55,822 nucleotides of DNA. Origin: a virus. Taxonomy: Duplodnaviria; Caudoviricetes. The notes under the pieces are model-generated. The model saw nothing but the letters and a program-made list of their open reading frames with translations, had not been told where the DNA came from and did no database searches. Below, one piece after another: positions 18,722 to 28,300 of this stretch; within the stretch, counting starts at the first letter, position 1; each line of letters starts with the position of its first letter. The translations under genes and the position numbers were made by a program. The stretch is from IMG/VR virus record IMGVR_UViG_3300047095_000877, positions 1-55,822 of that record, one strand, 5' to 3'.

Positions 18722-18739
18722 CAGCAGTGACGTGGACTG

Positions 18740-18889
18740 CTAGCTGTCAGCAAGACGCTGCAAGCCTTCGCTGTTGTTGGCGTGCAAGGAATCCAGGGCT
18801 GCAATAGCTCCAGCTTCGCCAACATCATCCTGATTGCTCAGGTCAAGGCTGGCTTCGCAGTAGTCCTCGTAGGCAGTGGTGTCAGACAT
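18740..18889 (-). CDS. 49-aa acidic ORF between two palindromic sites
   Basis: MSDTTAYEDYCEASLDLSNQDD...LQRLADS; translated by hand. Confidence 0.6.
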   Translation of the reverse strand: MSDTTAYEDYCEASLDLSNQDDVGEAGAIAALDSLHANNSEGLQRLADS

Positions 18890-18907
18890 AGAAGTGAAGG
18901 GGACTCG

Positions 18908-19411
18908 TCACCGTGGCTGGTGACTCTCCATGTAGCGAAGAATTGCCTGCATTTCTTCCAGTGTGGCGTCGTTCTTAAGGAAGTTCGCCCTAGCCGAAAT
19001 GACCATGACGTTGCCTTTGGTGTAGCCACCATTGGAATCAATGCGATCCAACGTCGGTGCGTTCCAGTTGTCTTTCATCGAAACCCTGCCTTGACCGACT
19101 GTTGCTTGAAGCGGGATGCCAAGCACAGGGCACAGTTCAGGAATCACGATGTCGTCAACGGTCAAGTCGCAGTCAAGCCCTCGATCCTTGGCTCTGTTGT
19201 TTGCGTTGTACAACAGCTTTTTGCGTGGGTCAATCTTGATGTATTCCTTGTTGCGGCATTCCTTGCAACGTGCGCTGCGACGATTGCCGTCTGGACCCAC
19301 GCGGTATGCGCCTGCATGCTTATCTGGCCAGAAGCTGTCAAACGGTAAAAACTGCTGACAGCCACAGCACCAGAGTTCGCTTGGATCAGGCGATTTAACT
19401 GGCGCAGGCAT
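18908..19411 (-). CDS. HNH-like endonuclease with Zn finger
   Basis: CCGC..CKEC; CPVLG..PTLDRIDSNGGYTKGNVMVIS.RAN.LK. Confidence 0.88.
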   Translation of the reverse strand: MPAPVKSPDPSELWCCGCQQFLPFDSFWPDKHAGAYRVGPDGNRRSARCKECRNKEYIKIDPRKKLLYNANNRAKDRGLDCDLTVDDIVIPELCPVLGIPLQATVGQGRVSMKDNWNAPTLDRIDSNGGYTKGNVMVISARANFLKNDATLEEMQAILRYMESHQPR

Positions 19412-20532
19412 CAGGTGTAGACGATCATCAAGGTGCCATCCGACTTGCGATAAACGTCACCGTCTACCAATCCACCGGCTTTGGCTGCTGTGTTGTCAGC
19501 ATAAGTGGGCGTGTTGGCAAAATTAAGGATGCGGGAGTTCTTGATCCGCATCGCTTCGGTAGGTGATGACGCCCCATCAGCAGTAACGGAGAACACTAGG
19601 CGGCCTGGGTAGCTAGATCCAGCAGTCCAAGTCCCTCCATCCCTTTGTGCCTGTATCCACGCAGCATTTACATGCGTGGCATCGCCAAACATGATATAGC
19701 CGAGGTCTTCTGTTGAAGTTGGTCCATTTGTAGTTGTGCAGCAACGCAACACACCAGGACCAGTGGTACCGCTGTATCCTTGGAGAAGGAGTGTTGTATT
19801 GCTAGACGTGGAAGACGTACCAACTAAGAGGCGTCCGCTGGAGTCGATGCGGGCGCGTTCTGTGACGCCCGTAATGAACTGAAGATTTCCTTGATAACTA
19901 CTAATTTCAGCGGAATAATTATTGCTTTCTGCCCTAAACTGGAGTCCGGTAGTTGCAGAAGTACTCGTTCCGCCGTCAATCTTGATATAGCCAGTGGCAT
20001 TGCCTGTTGCAACGTGAAGTTTGACATCAGGGCTCGTAGTGCCCACCCCTACGCGGCCACTCGCATCAACAAACAACCGCCCAGCGCCATTAGTCGAGAT
20101 GGCTACTTGATCTGCGCCGGGGGAGTAGACGCCAGTATTCGTGTCGCCAGAGAAATACAGCCCCGGCGATCCAGCTGTGCCCGCGATGACGCCAAGCGCG
20201 CCGGTCATCACGTCGCCGCTGGCGTTCACGAACTCGCCGTCCTCGCTGCGCCACGCTGAGCCGTCCCAGATCTTGAAGACGTAGCGGCTGCTGCTCGTGT
20301 CTAGCCACTGCTCACCCACGCTGTTGCCGGCTGTGCCGCCGCTGGCCGGGCTGGCGTTCGGCGCTGTCGTGCCAACATGCACCGGTCCGACCTTCACCAA
20401 GTTGGCGTTGCTGTCCTTAAAGAACAGGCCAGGGCTGCCGCTGGCGGTGTTCATCGCCAGCTGCCCTTCCGACATGTTGCCGGGCACCGGCCGCTTATTT
20501 GCGGTGCTTGAACGCAGGTGTTGCAGTGCCAT
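19411..20532 (-). CDS. Tail fibre / receptor-binding protein (modular)
   Basis: EGQLAMN..PGLFFKD N-terminus; VGVGTTSP, ERARIDSSGRLLVGT, GRLVFS..EAMRI modules. Confidence 0.85.
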   Translation of the reverse strand: MALQHLRSSTANKRPVPGNMSEGQLAMNTASGSPGLFFKDSNANLVKVGPVHVGTTAPNASPASGGTAGNSVGEQWLDTSSSRYVFKIWDGSAWRSEDGEFVNASGDVMTGALGVIAGTAGSPGLYFSGDTNTGVYSPGADQVAISTNGAGRLFVDASGRVGVGTTSPDVKLHVATGNATGYIKIDGGTSTSATTGLQFRAESNNYSAEISSYQGNLQFITGVTERARIDSSGRLLVGTSSTSSNTTLLLQGYSGTTGPGVLRCCTTTNGPTSTEDLGYIMFGDATHVNAAWIQAQRDGGTWTAGSSYPGRLVFSVTADGASSPTEAMRIKNSRILNFANTPTYADNTAAKAGGLVDGDVYRKSDGTLMIVYT

Positions 20533-20577
20533 TCCTTAACGCCTCCTTGAAGGCCGGAAGTTACCTGTTCAGGCTAC

Positions 20578-23500
20578 TCAGAACGTCCCATCATCCAGAT
20601 CAGCAGTCACCGCCACCGTGCCATCACGGTTGGGCAGCGTGATCGTGCGGTCAGCAGTCGGATCAGCGCAGGTAAGCGTGGTCTCGAATGTGTCGCCGGT
20701 GGCGCCCTCGAACACGATGTTCACGCCAGCGCCCAGCTCGAGCGTGCCGGTCATCGTGCCGCCGGCCTTAGGCAGCGCTGCAGCCGCAAGATCGTAAGCC
20801 GACTTCACCGCGGTGGAGGTGGCGGCCAGTGCTGAGCTGCTGGTGCTGGTGCTGTCACTCAGCTGCACGATGCCATCCACTGATGTGGTGGCCGATCGGA
20901 TCGTCAGCGCCGGCGTGGTGGTGGCTGTCGCAACGGTCAGCGCCGCGGTGGAGCTGCTCACCGTGGTGACGGTGCCCACGAAGTCGTTGCCCCACTCCAA
21001 GCCGGTAGCTGTTGCGCTGTTGGCGCGCAGTACCTGACCGTTGCTGCCCACGCCGAGCTTGCTCAGCGCTGTGCCGCTCGAGGCCGCCAGCAGGTCACCC
21101 TTGGTGTAGCTGCCGGTGCCTGTGCCGCCCCGTGTAGCCAGCAGCGTGCCGCTGGTGATGTTGTCGGCGTTGCGGCACTCATTGGACACCTCCTCGAGCG
21201 CAGCCTGCACGTTGGTGCTGCCGAGGTTGGCGGCAGGCGTGAACCCAACGTTGGCAGCGGTCTGCGCCACGTAGGTGGAGCTTACGTCGATCTCGACCCA
21301 TGCGCTGCCGTTGGACAGGATCAGGTCAGGCGGTGCCAGTGCAACAGCAGGCGCCGGGCTGCTGCCGGTGCCACCGGTTGAGACAACAACGTAGTAGCTC
21401 TCGTTGACGTTCGATGCGGCCGGCAGCGGGTTGCCAACACTGAGGCCGATCGCGGTGCCTTCCGTGGTGACGGTGGCGACCTGGTTGGTGCTGGCGTTGT
21501 ACGTACCGGCGAAGATCACCGAACCGGCCGAGATACCGATCGGCTGCCAGACGTTGCCGTCCCACATGAAGAAGGCTTTATCGAGCGGATTCAGGAAGAT
21601 CTGCCCGATGTAGTCCGCAGTCGGCAGCACCTCGCCCACCTTGGCGGTGGAGTAGTTGGCGAGCTTCAGGCCGGTAACGGCGTCATCTGCAAGGAAGGCC
21701 GTGCCGAAGGTGCCGCTGGTGATCTTGCTGGCATCCAGCGACGGCACATCACTGGCGCTGAGCAGCGCGCCAGCGGTGACGTGCCCTTGCGCGTCCACCG
21801 TCAGCTTGGTGTAGGTGCCGGCGGTGGTGCTGTTGCTGTGATTCAGCGTGCCGCTGGTGACGGACAGGCCGCTGCCGGGTTGGACGATGCCCTTCGTGCT
21901 CGCGGTGGCATCCGGCAGGTCAGCGGGCACCAGCGCACGAAACGTTGGCGTTGCATCCACGCCGGTGGTTGGTCCCATCCATGCGCGGTTGGCCGCCTGC
22001 GTGTCGAGCCCCACCGTGATGGTGGCGGTGTAGGGGTCGGGGTAGGCAACTGCGAAATTGAGTGGGGTGGTCTCGGCAAAAGTGAGCAGCGCACCAAGAC
22101 TGGCCTGCCGCACCCAAGTGCTGCCGTCCCAGGTGTATTCGATCGCGGTGTTGGTGTTGATCCACTGCTGACCGATGAACGCACCATTACCAGCCGGGAC
22201 TGTGGCGGCCACCACTGCGGCGGAGTTGTTGGCCAGCTTGATGCCGGTGACGCTGCCCTCAAAGATCTTGCCGGTGGTGACGGCATTGGTCGCGATTTTC
22301 GCTTCTGTGATCGCGCTGTTGGCGATCGTCGCCGCGAAGGAACCGGTGCCGGAGCCCGTTACATCACCGGTCAGGGTGATCGTCTGGTCGCCGGTGTTGG
22401 TGCCTGAGCTGGTGCCGCTGAAGCTGGATCCATTGACCCAGGTGCCAGTGACTGTTGCCAGGTCACCCAAGCCGAGCAGGCTTCGCTGAGCTGAAGCACT
22501 GGCAGCTGCCAGCATGTCGCGACCAGCAGAGGTGGCTGGTATTTCCTGAATGACACCGCCACCGGCAGAGCTGCGACCAAGCAGCACGTCGTTGGTGGAG
22601 GTGTTCTGGATCTTGTCGTAAGTGACCGCCGCGCCAGCCAATTCGCTGGTGCCGATTGCGCCGGCAGCGATTTCGGCGGCCGTGATCGTGTCTGCGGCGA
22701 TCTTGCCAGCAGTGACCGCGCCAGCAGCCAGCTTGGCGGTGGTGACAGAGCCGTCGACCAGCTCGCTGGTGCCTACTGCCGCAGCGCCGATCTGCGTCGT
22801 GGTGATTGAATCTGCGGCGATCTTTGCGCCAGGGACGGATCCGTCCGCCAAATTCAGCTTGCTGTAGCTGATGGTGGCGGCGGCGATCTTTGCGTCGGTT
22901 ACAGCAAGGTCAGCCAGCTTGGCTGTGGCAACAGCGCCGTCGCCGATCTTTGCCGAGGTGACCGCAGAATTGACGATTGCAGCCGTGTCGACCGCGTCAT
23001 TAGCCAGCTCAGATGCACCAACGGCATCAGGGGCGATCTGCGCAGAAGTGATTGCATCGGCCGCGATCTTGGCGGCGGTTACGGCACCGGCGGCAATCTT
23101 TGCGGTGGTGACGCTTCCGTCTGCCAGCTCGCTTGTGGTGACGGCTGCGGCGGCAATTTGCGCGCTTGTTACCGAATCTGCTGCGAGCTTGGCGCCGGGC
23201 ACCGAACCATCGGCGAGGTTCAGCTTGCCGTAGCTGATGGTGCCGCTTGCGATCTTGCCATCAGTGACCGCAAGGTCGCCCAGTTTCGCCGTGGTGACAG
23301 CACCATCAGCCAGCTTGGCTCCGGTGACAGCGAGGTTGACAATGGCTGCGGTGTCAACGGCGTTATCGGCCAGCTCCGATGCGCCGATCGCGCTCGGCGC
23401 CAACTGCGCAGCGGTGATGCTGTCCGCTGCGATCTTGGCGGCAGTGATTGCGCTATCGGCAATCTTCGCCGTCGTGACAGAGCTGTCGGCATAAGCCGCA

Positions 23501-23967
23501 GTGCCCAGCGCGGTTACCTTGGCCGTCGTGACTGCACCATCAGCCAGCTTGCCGGTGGTGACTTGCAGATCGCCGATGCCGGCAGTCGGCACTACCAGCT
23601 GCTGGTAGGCGCTGCCGTTGAAGACCTGGAGATTGCCGGTGCTGCTGTTGAAATAGCCGCGGCCTTCAAAGTTGTCAGTTGTCGGCGAGGTGGTCTGAAC
23701 CGCAATCGAGCTGTCGGCGGCCAGCTTCGCTGCAGTGATTGCGCCGGTCGCCAGCGCCGTGGCTCCCAGCTTGGTGGCGCTTGCTTGATCGAGCTTGGCA
23801 AGGTCGATCTCGCCGTTGTCGACAAGGTCGATGCCGGCGGCGATCAGATCCTTGGCAGTGACCTTTTTGGTCTCGCTGGCCGAGATGTCCGAAATCGGCA
23901 GGACGTCGTTTGCCGCGACGCCAGCCTTAGACAGGGCTGTCAGCTGTGTAATGCGTTGGTCAGCCAA
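20578..23967 (-). CDS. Long tail fibre with 10-aa repeats
   Basis: AVTTAKLADG-type repeats, GTYTKLTVDAQGHVTAG, GIVQLSDST, PTADRTITLP. Confidence 0.88.
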   Translation of the reverse strand: MADQRITQLTALSKAGVAANDVLPISDISASETKKVTAKDLIAAGIDLVDNGEIDLAKLDQASATKLGATALATGAITAAKLAADSSIAVQTTSPTTDNFEGRGYFNSSTGNLQVFNGSAYQQLVVPTAGIGDLQVTTGKLADGAVTTAKVTALGTAAYADSSVTTAKIADSAITAAKIAADSITAAQLAPSAIGASELADNAVDTAAIVNLAVTGAKLADGAVTTAKLGDLAVTDGKIASGTISYGKLNLADGSVPGAKLAADSVTSAQIAAAAVTTSELADGSVTTAKIAAGAVTAAKIAADAITSAQIAPDAVGASELANDAVDTAAIVNSAVTSAKIGDGAVATAKLADLAVTDAKIAAATISYSKLNLADGSVPGAKIAADSITTTQIGAAAVGTSELVDGSVTTAKLAAGAVTAGKIAADTITAAEIAAGAIGTSELAGAAVTYDKIQNTSTNDVLLGRSSAGGGVIQEIPATSAGRDMLAAASASAQRSLLGLGDLATVTGTWVNGSSFSGTSSGTNTGDQTITLTGDVTGSGTGSFAATIANSAITEAKIATNAVTTGKIFEGSVTGIKLANNSAAVVAATVPAGNGAFIGQQWINTNTAIEYTWDGSTWVRQASLGALLTFAETTPLNFAVAYPDPYTATITVGLDTQAANRAWMGPTTGVDATPTFRALVPADLPDATASTKGIVQPGSGLSVTSGTLNHSNSTTAGTYTKLTVDAQGHVTAGALLSASDVPSLDASKITSGTFGTAFLADDAVTGLKLANYSTAKVGEVLPTADYIGQIFLNPLDKAFFMWDGNVWQPIGISAGSVIFAGTYNASTNQVATVTTEGTAIGLSVGNPLPAASNVNESYYVVVSTGGTGSSPAPAVALAPPDLILSNGSAWVEIDVSSTYVAQTAANVGFTPAANLGSTNVQAALEEVSNECRNADNITSGTLLATRGGTGTGSYTKGDLLAASSGTALSKLGVGSNGQVLRANSATATGLEWGNDFVGTVTTVSSSTAALTVATATTTPALTIRSATTSVDGIVQLSDSTSTSSSALAATSTAVKSAYDLAAAALPKAGGTMTGTLELGAGVNIVFEGATGDTFETTLTCADPTADRTITLPNRDGTVAVTADLDDGTF

Positions 23968-24001
23968 TGCTCAGCTCCGTCACGCCAGTGCTGGTGACAT
24001 G

Positions 24002-24877
24002 CTAATCCTCGACCTCCTGCAGCAGGAAGTCGAGTGACTGATCAAGAGTGATCCGGTCTTCGTCTTCTTTCAGGATGTAGTCAGACGGCTTGCCGTAGAC
24101 CAATCGAACTTCTCCAGTGGTCACGAAGTCGATTGAGCAATCGATGATGTCGCCGGCCCGTACCGTGACGCCTGCTCGGCTGACGACGGCGGTGAGGTCG
24201 TAGAAAATCGTGTCGACGGTTTCGTCAACGCTTTTGTCAGTCAGGTACAGCGCCAGATCAAACTCGCTGCCGATTTCTACCCGCTGAATCAGCTGCAGCA
24301 TCAGCAGCGGCGATTCGGTCGCTCCGGTTGTGGCGTAATCAAAAGCGCATTCAATGCGTCCGGCACCACTGATCAGCCCTGCTGAGATTTGCTGCTTGAA
24401 GCGGTCGTCTAGCGCCGTGGTATCAATCGTTGCGCGATCTGTGTTGAACTCATATCCGACCACATTGCCCAGCAGGTTGAAGTTCACGTCGCGCACGCCA
24501 ACCGTGATCTGCAGTGGATCGCCAGCAAATGCCGCTAACGGAATCTCGTTGGCACGGGTGTTGTTGACCGCGTCTTGGAAGTTGCGGAAGAATCGCAACC
24601 CGCCCATCGCGTTGACGTTGACGTACGCGCTGATTGCGCTGTTGACCGTCGCGTCGCTCCATGTGCTGGCGGGGAAGCACGCTAGGCCACGAGCGTCGGT
24701 TGTGCTGATGTCGACACGATCACCAGTGAGGATGTTGTCGAGTGCGCCGTCGAAACTGAGACGGTTGAGCAGTGTGTTTACATCATCCGGGATGATTCGG
24801 TCTTCCAGCGAACCGAGCTGTAGCTTGGTGCCTCGACGCAGCCTGACATTCCCCTTTGTGCCAAGGAAAAACGTCAT
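24002..24877 (-). CDS. Virion structural protein
   Basis: Position in tail operon; C-half resembles 24877-25308. Confidence 0.7.
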   Translation of the reverse strand: MTFFLGTKGNVRLRRGTKLQLGSLEDRIIPDDVNTLLNRLSFDGALDNILTGDRVDISTTDARGLACFPASTWSDATVNSAISAYVNVNAMGGLRFFRNFQDAVNNTRANEIPLAAFAGDPLQITVGVRDVNFNLLGNVVGYEFNTDRATIDTTALDDRFKQQISAGLISGAGRIECAFDYATTGATESPLLMLQLIQRVEIGSEFDLALYLTDKSVDETVDTIFYDLTAVVSRAGVTVRAGDIIDCSIDFVTTGEVRLVYGKPSDYILKEDEDRITLDQSLDFLLQEVED

Positions 24878-25308
24878 CAGGTCACAACCTCGGTGAAGTC
24901 CCCATCCATGGTGAACTGGATCGGCACTACGCTGAGCTCGCCGGTGCTGGTGGAGATCTGCGCCGAGGTGATGTAGGCGTTTAGCCTGATGTCATCAGCG
25001 CTGTCGCCGCCGACATTGAGCTCAAGCAAGACCCGGTCGCTTTCGGTCACCGTTCCGGTTTTCATGATCTTGCTAAGCAGCGCAGTGAACTGCGTTTTGG
25101 TTTCAGACTCGCCTGCCTCAAGCCGGTAGTACATCAGCGTTGCGCTGCCAGTGGCGGACTTCACGCCGGGCGTGAAGGTATTGACGGCGCTGTCGATGGT
25201 ATTGGTGGATAGGAGCTCGACACTGGTCTCCAGTGACCAGTCGCGGATCTTGGCCACGGGCTTGCCGCTGAAGACCAGTGACCCACTTCGTCCGGTGTAG
25301 AAGCCCAT
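24877..25308 (-). CDS. Virion structural protein (tail-tube-like)
   Basis: FYTGRSG...WSL...F.PG..SATGS; position in tail operon. Confidence 0.7.
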   Translation of the reverse strand: MGFYTGRSGSLVFSGKPVAKIRDWSLETSVELLSTNTIDSAVNTFTPGVKSATGSATLMYYRLEAGESETKTQFTALLSKIMKTGTVTESDRVLLELNVGGDSADDIRLNAYITSAQISTSTGELSVVPIQFTMDGDFTEVVT

Positions 25309-25334
25309 GTGCGGTGGTCCTAGATGAGTTCAGG

Positions 25335-28300
25335 TTAGCGAACCGTGAACAGACTATCGCTGAAGTGAGCAATCAGGCTCAAGGTCTCAGAACCTGACTC
25401 GATACACGGGTGCTCTACAGCTTTCACCGTGACCTCGCCTTCCTCATCCATTTGCACTTCAGTCACCCGGAATACCCGCTTGCTGGTGACGGCAGTGCCA
25501 AGCACGAAAAGGTAACCGGCGTACGGCGCCAAGGCCGAAGCAGTGCCGTTACTGACCGCTACGTTGTCGACCGTGACCACAGGCGCCCCGGGTCGGTAAA
25601 CCAGCGCCTTCAAGCCGTTGCCATTGGGAGCCTGTCCAATCGGGGTGTTCAGCACCCCATTGCTTTCGACGACGCCGGTGGTGACGTTGTTCCACTGATT
25701 GCGGCCAATGGCGACGTAGATGTAGCTGCCCGGCTCAAGCACACTGTCCGTCGGGAAGGTTGAAAACTCGATGGCGCGACGAACATGGCGCCGCTGGTTG
25801 CACAGCAGCTTGCCGAAGAGGATCGCCTGGCTGCGGTTGGTGACGTACTGCGAGAGATCGAAGGTTTGCCGGACCGCATTGGATTCCGTTACATCCGACC
25901 TGCTTACCTCAACACTGCGGTTGCGGGGAAAGACGCCGTCGACCTCGGTTTCGCGGTAAACCACTGAGGCGATCAGGTCCTGCACACTGCTGCCGAAGTC
26001 AAGAAACTCCTCGCGGTAGCTGTCCTCCAAGATATTGCCTTGGTTAAAAAGTGCAGTGATGGGGACTGAACGAGTGATGACGCCCGCTTCGTCGCAGGGA
26101 ACGGCCGGCACGAGTGTTTCGCGACCACCGACTCGGCCAAGCTCAAGCAGCGAGAACGGCGCAACCTCTGCCCAGAACTGCCGCCACGGCACCTGCTCGG
26201 CGATCACGCAATCCATGAAGAGCTGATTTTCACGGCAGAAGCGCTTCGCCAGTGCTAATGCCTGCAGGTCGACGCCGGCGATCTTGGCAAAACGTCCAAT
26301 GCCGTTCTCGCTGTCAAGGATGGTGTCGAGGAAGATGTCGGGCGCGTAGCTGCTGGAGCCGTCCGGCTCTGCGGGGTAGGTGCCGTCATCACGCAGGCGG
26401 CGCAGCTTTTTGCCCTCCAGCGCGAACACCGACAGCGAGCGCAGATCCTGGATGCCTTGGCCGCTGTAGGCGTTGAAGCCGAGCAGGGTCAGTCCGCGGT
26501 AGAGGTTGGGGTAGGTGCTGAACGACTCGATGCGCTGCTCCGTGACAGCGCTGATCGAGAACTCGGGACCACCTTCAAAGCTGAAACTGGTCTGCGTGTC
26601 GGAGCGCATGGAGAATAGCCCCCACTCGTCCACTTCATAGGGGTTGACGTTGATCGGCGGCTTGAGGCCCTGCCGATCACGGATGCTGCCAAGGAAAGTG
26701 AACTGGCCGCCGGCTGATCCGGAAATTTTCTGTACGTCGCCGCTGTTCTCGATATAGGCGAATTTGGCGAAGCCGTGGAACTCCATCTCGGCAGCCGGCT
26801 CGGCAATCGGATCGAAGCGAAACTGCCATTTGCCGATGTTGTCGCCCGCGATGAATTTCAGCGACATGAAGTTGTCCACGTCGGCGCCACGGCGAACGCC
26901 GAAGATGTAGGGCAGCCGGGTCCATTCCTGCCCGGTGCGGCGGTACTGCAGCCAAAAGAAAGCCGCACGCACCTTGGTGCCGTTGTCGCTGTCGCGGAAC
27001 TTCTTGACCTTTTCTTCGCCGTATTTCGGTGCGCGACCCTGGATGCGCTTGAACACCTTGGCCTTCAGCGCGAAGTCCACCACGCGGCACTCGGTGATGG
27101 TCTCGTAGCCGGCCTCCTCCATCTTCACCAGGCATTTGGTGTTGAAGTGGTCGTTCCAGCTATTGGGGTTCTCGAGGTAGCGCTCCAGCGTGTCGATGCG
27201 CTGCTGCTTGGTCGTGATCTGACTGCGCAGGCCGTTGTCGCGCTCGGTCATCGCCGTGAGGTTGAGGTTGTTGGCGTCAGCGGTCAGCTCGGCGATTTCT
27301 TTGTTGAGCTGCTCCTCTCGGGAGTTGAGCGCCTTCTTCTCTTGCTTGAGGGTTTTGCCGCGGCCGGGGATCGCCCTGTCAGCGAGGCCATATTGCTGAA
27401 CGGCCTGACCCAGCTTTGCCTGCGCACGTTTTAGCTTCTGGTTGACATCTTGTTTTTGTTTGCGCCACTCTTCAATTTTGCTTTTGCGTCGGTCAGCTTT
27501 TGGCTTGTCAAGCTCATCCTCGATCAGGCTTTCAAGTGCTTTCCTTTGCTCGCGCAACCCGTCTACTTGGTTAGCGTAATTAACAACAACGGGATCAAAT
27601 AATTCGGCATTGTTGGCAATATCGTCTAACTCAGCCGAAGTCCATTTCCTGTCTTCAAAATCGTTGATTAGGTCTTTTAGCTGGCGAATCTCGGCTAGCT
27701 TGTTTGTGACCTTCGTGCCAATGCCTTCCTTGAGGATTGGTTCGTTGCGCAGCAGCTGGTTGTTCAGCGCCGTGACTTCAAGCTGCAGCTGGATGATCTC
27801 GCGCTGTGCTTCGCGGCCGTTCTTCTTGAAGTCTGTGGTGCCGTAGTCCTCTCGCGGGCAGATCCCGGCTTCGATGCACTCCATCGAAACACGCATTGAG
27901 CCGTCTTCCAGCTCCACGTTCTTGATCGGTGCCGCAACGCGGAACTTCGCGCTGCCGAGCTTATAGGTGCTGGCTGCATCGATGTAGCTGGACAGTGTGC
28001 GGCGCAATTCCCTGGCTGCGCGTGCAGTGTCGTTGCTGGTAGAGGTAATGCGCTTGAAGATTAAGGTCATCTTCTTGCCAACCGGCACCACCGGCCGCGC
28101 ATCGTTCAGCACGCTCAAAGGCCAGTAGTTTTCTAGCCCTTCAATCTCGATGCCAAGTGGTGCGTCCTTCTCCTCGCCGTCCTCATCGCGGTCGACGTAA
28201 TCCACGTTGATCGGGATCGGCGCGTAGACGCCGAACTTGGTCATGGTGCTGGGCGAGAAAGCTTGACTGAAGCCATCTGAGTGCTGGTCACCGATCAGCG

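Noticed and set aside
20478-20500. GGCCGGTGCCCG resembling 18626-18638 as an outer inverted repeat
   Set aside because: Short, GC-rich, also matches near 11107, so chance similarity is plausible.
4643-20532. Diversity-generating retroelement
   Set aside because: No reverse transcriptase ORF, and no template/variable repeat pair differing only at adenines was seen.
17261-20532. Classical invertible tail-fibre switch (Gin/Cin/Rci type)
   Set aside because: No oppositely oriented alternative fibre ends are visible and the candidate site spacers differ from each other.
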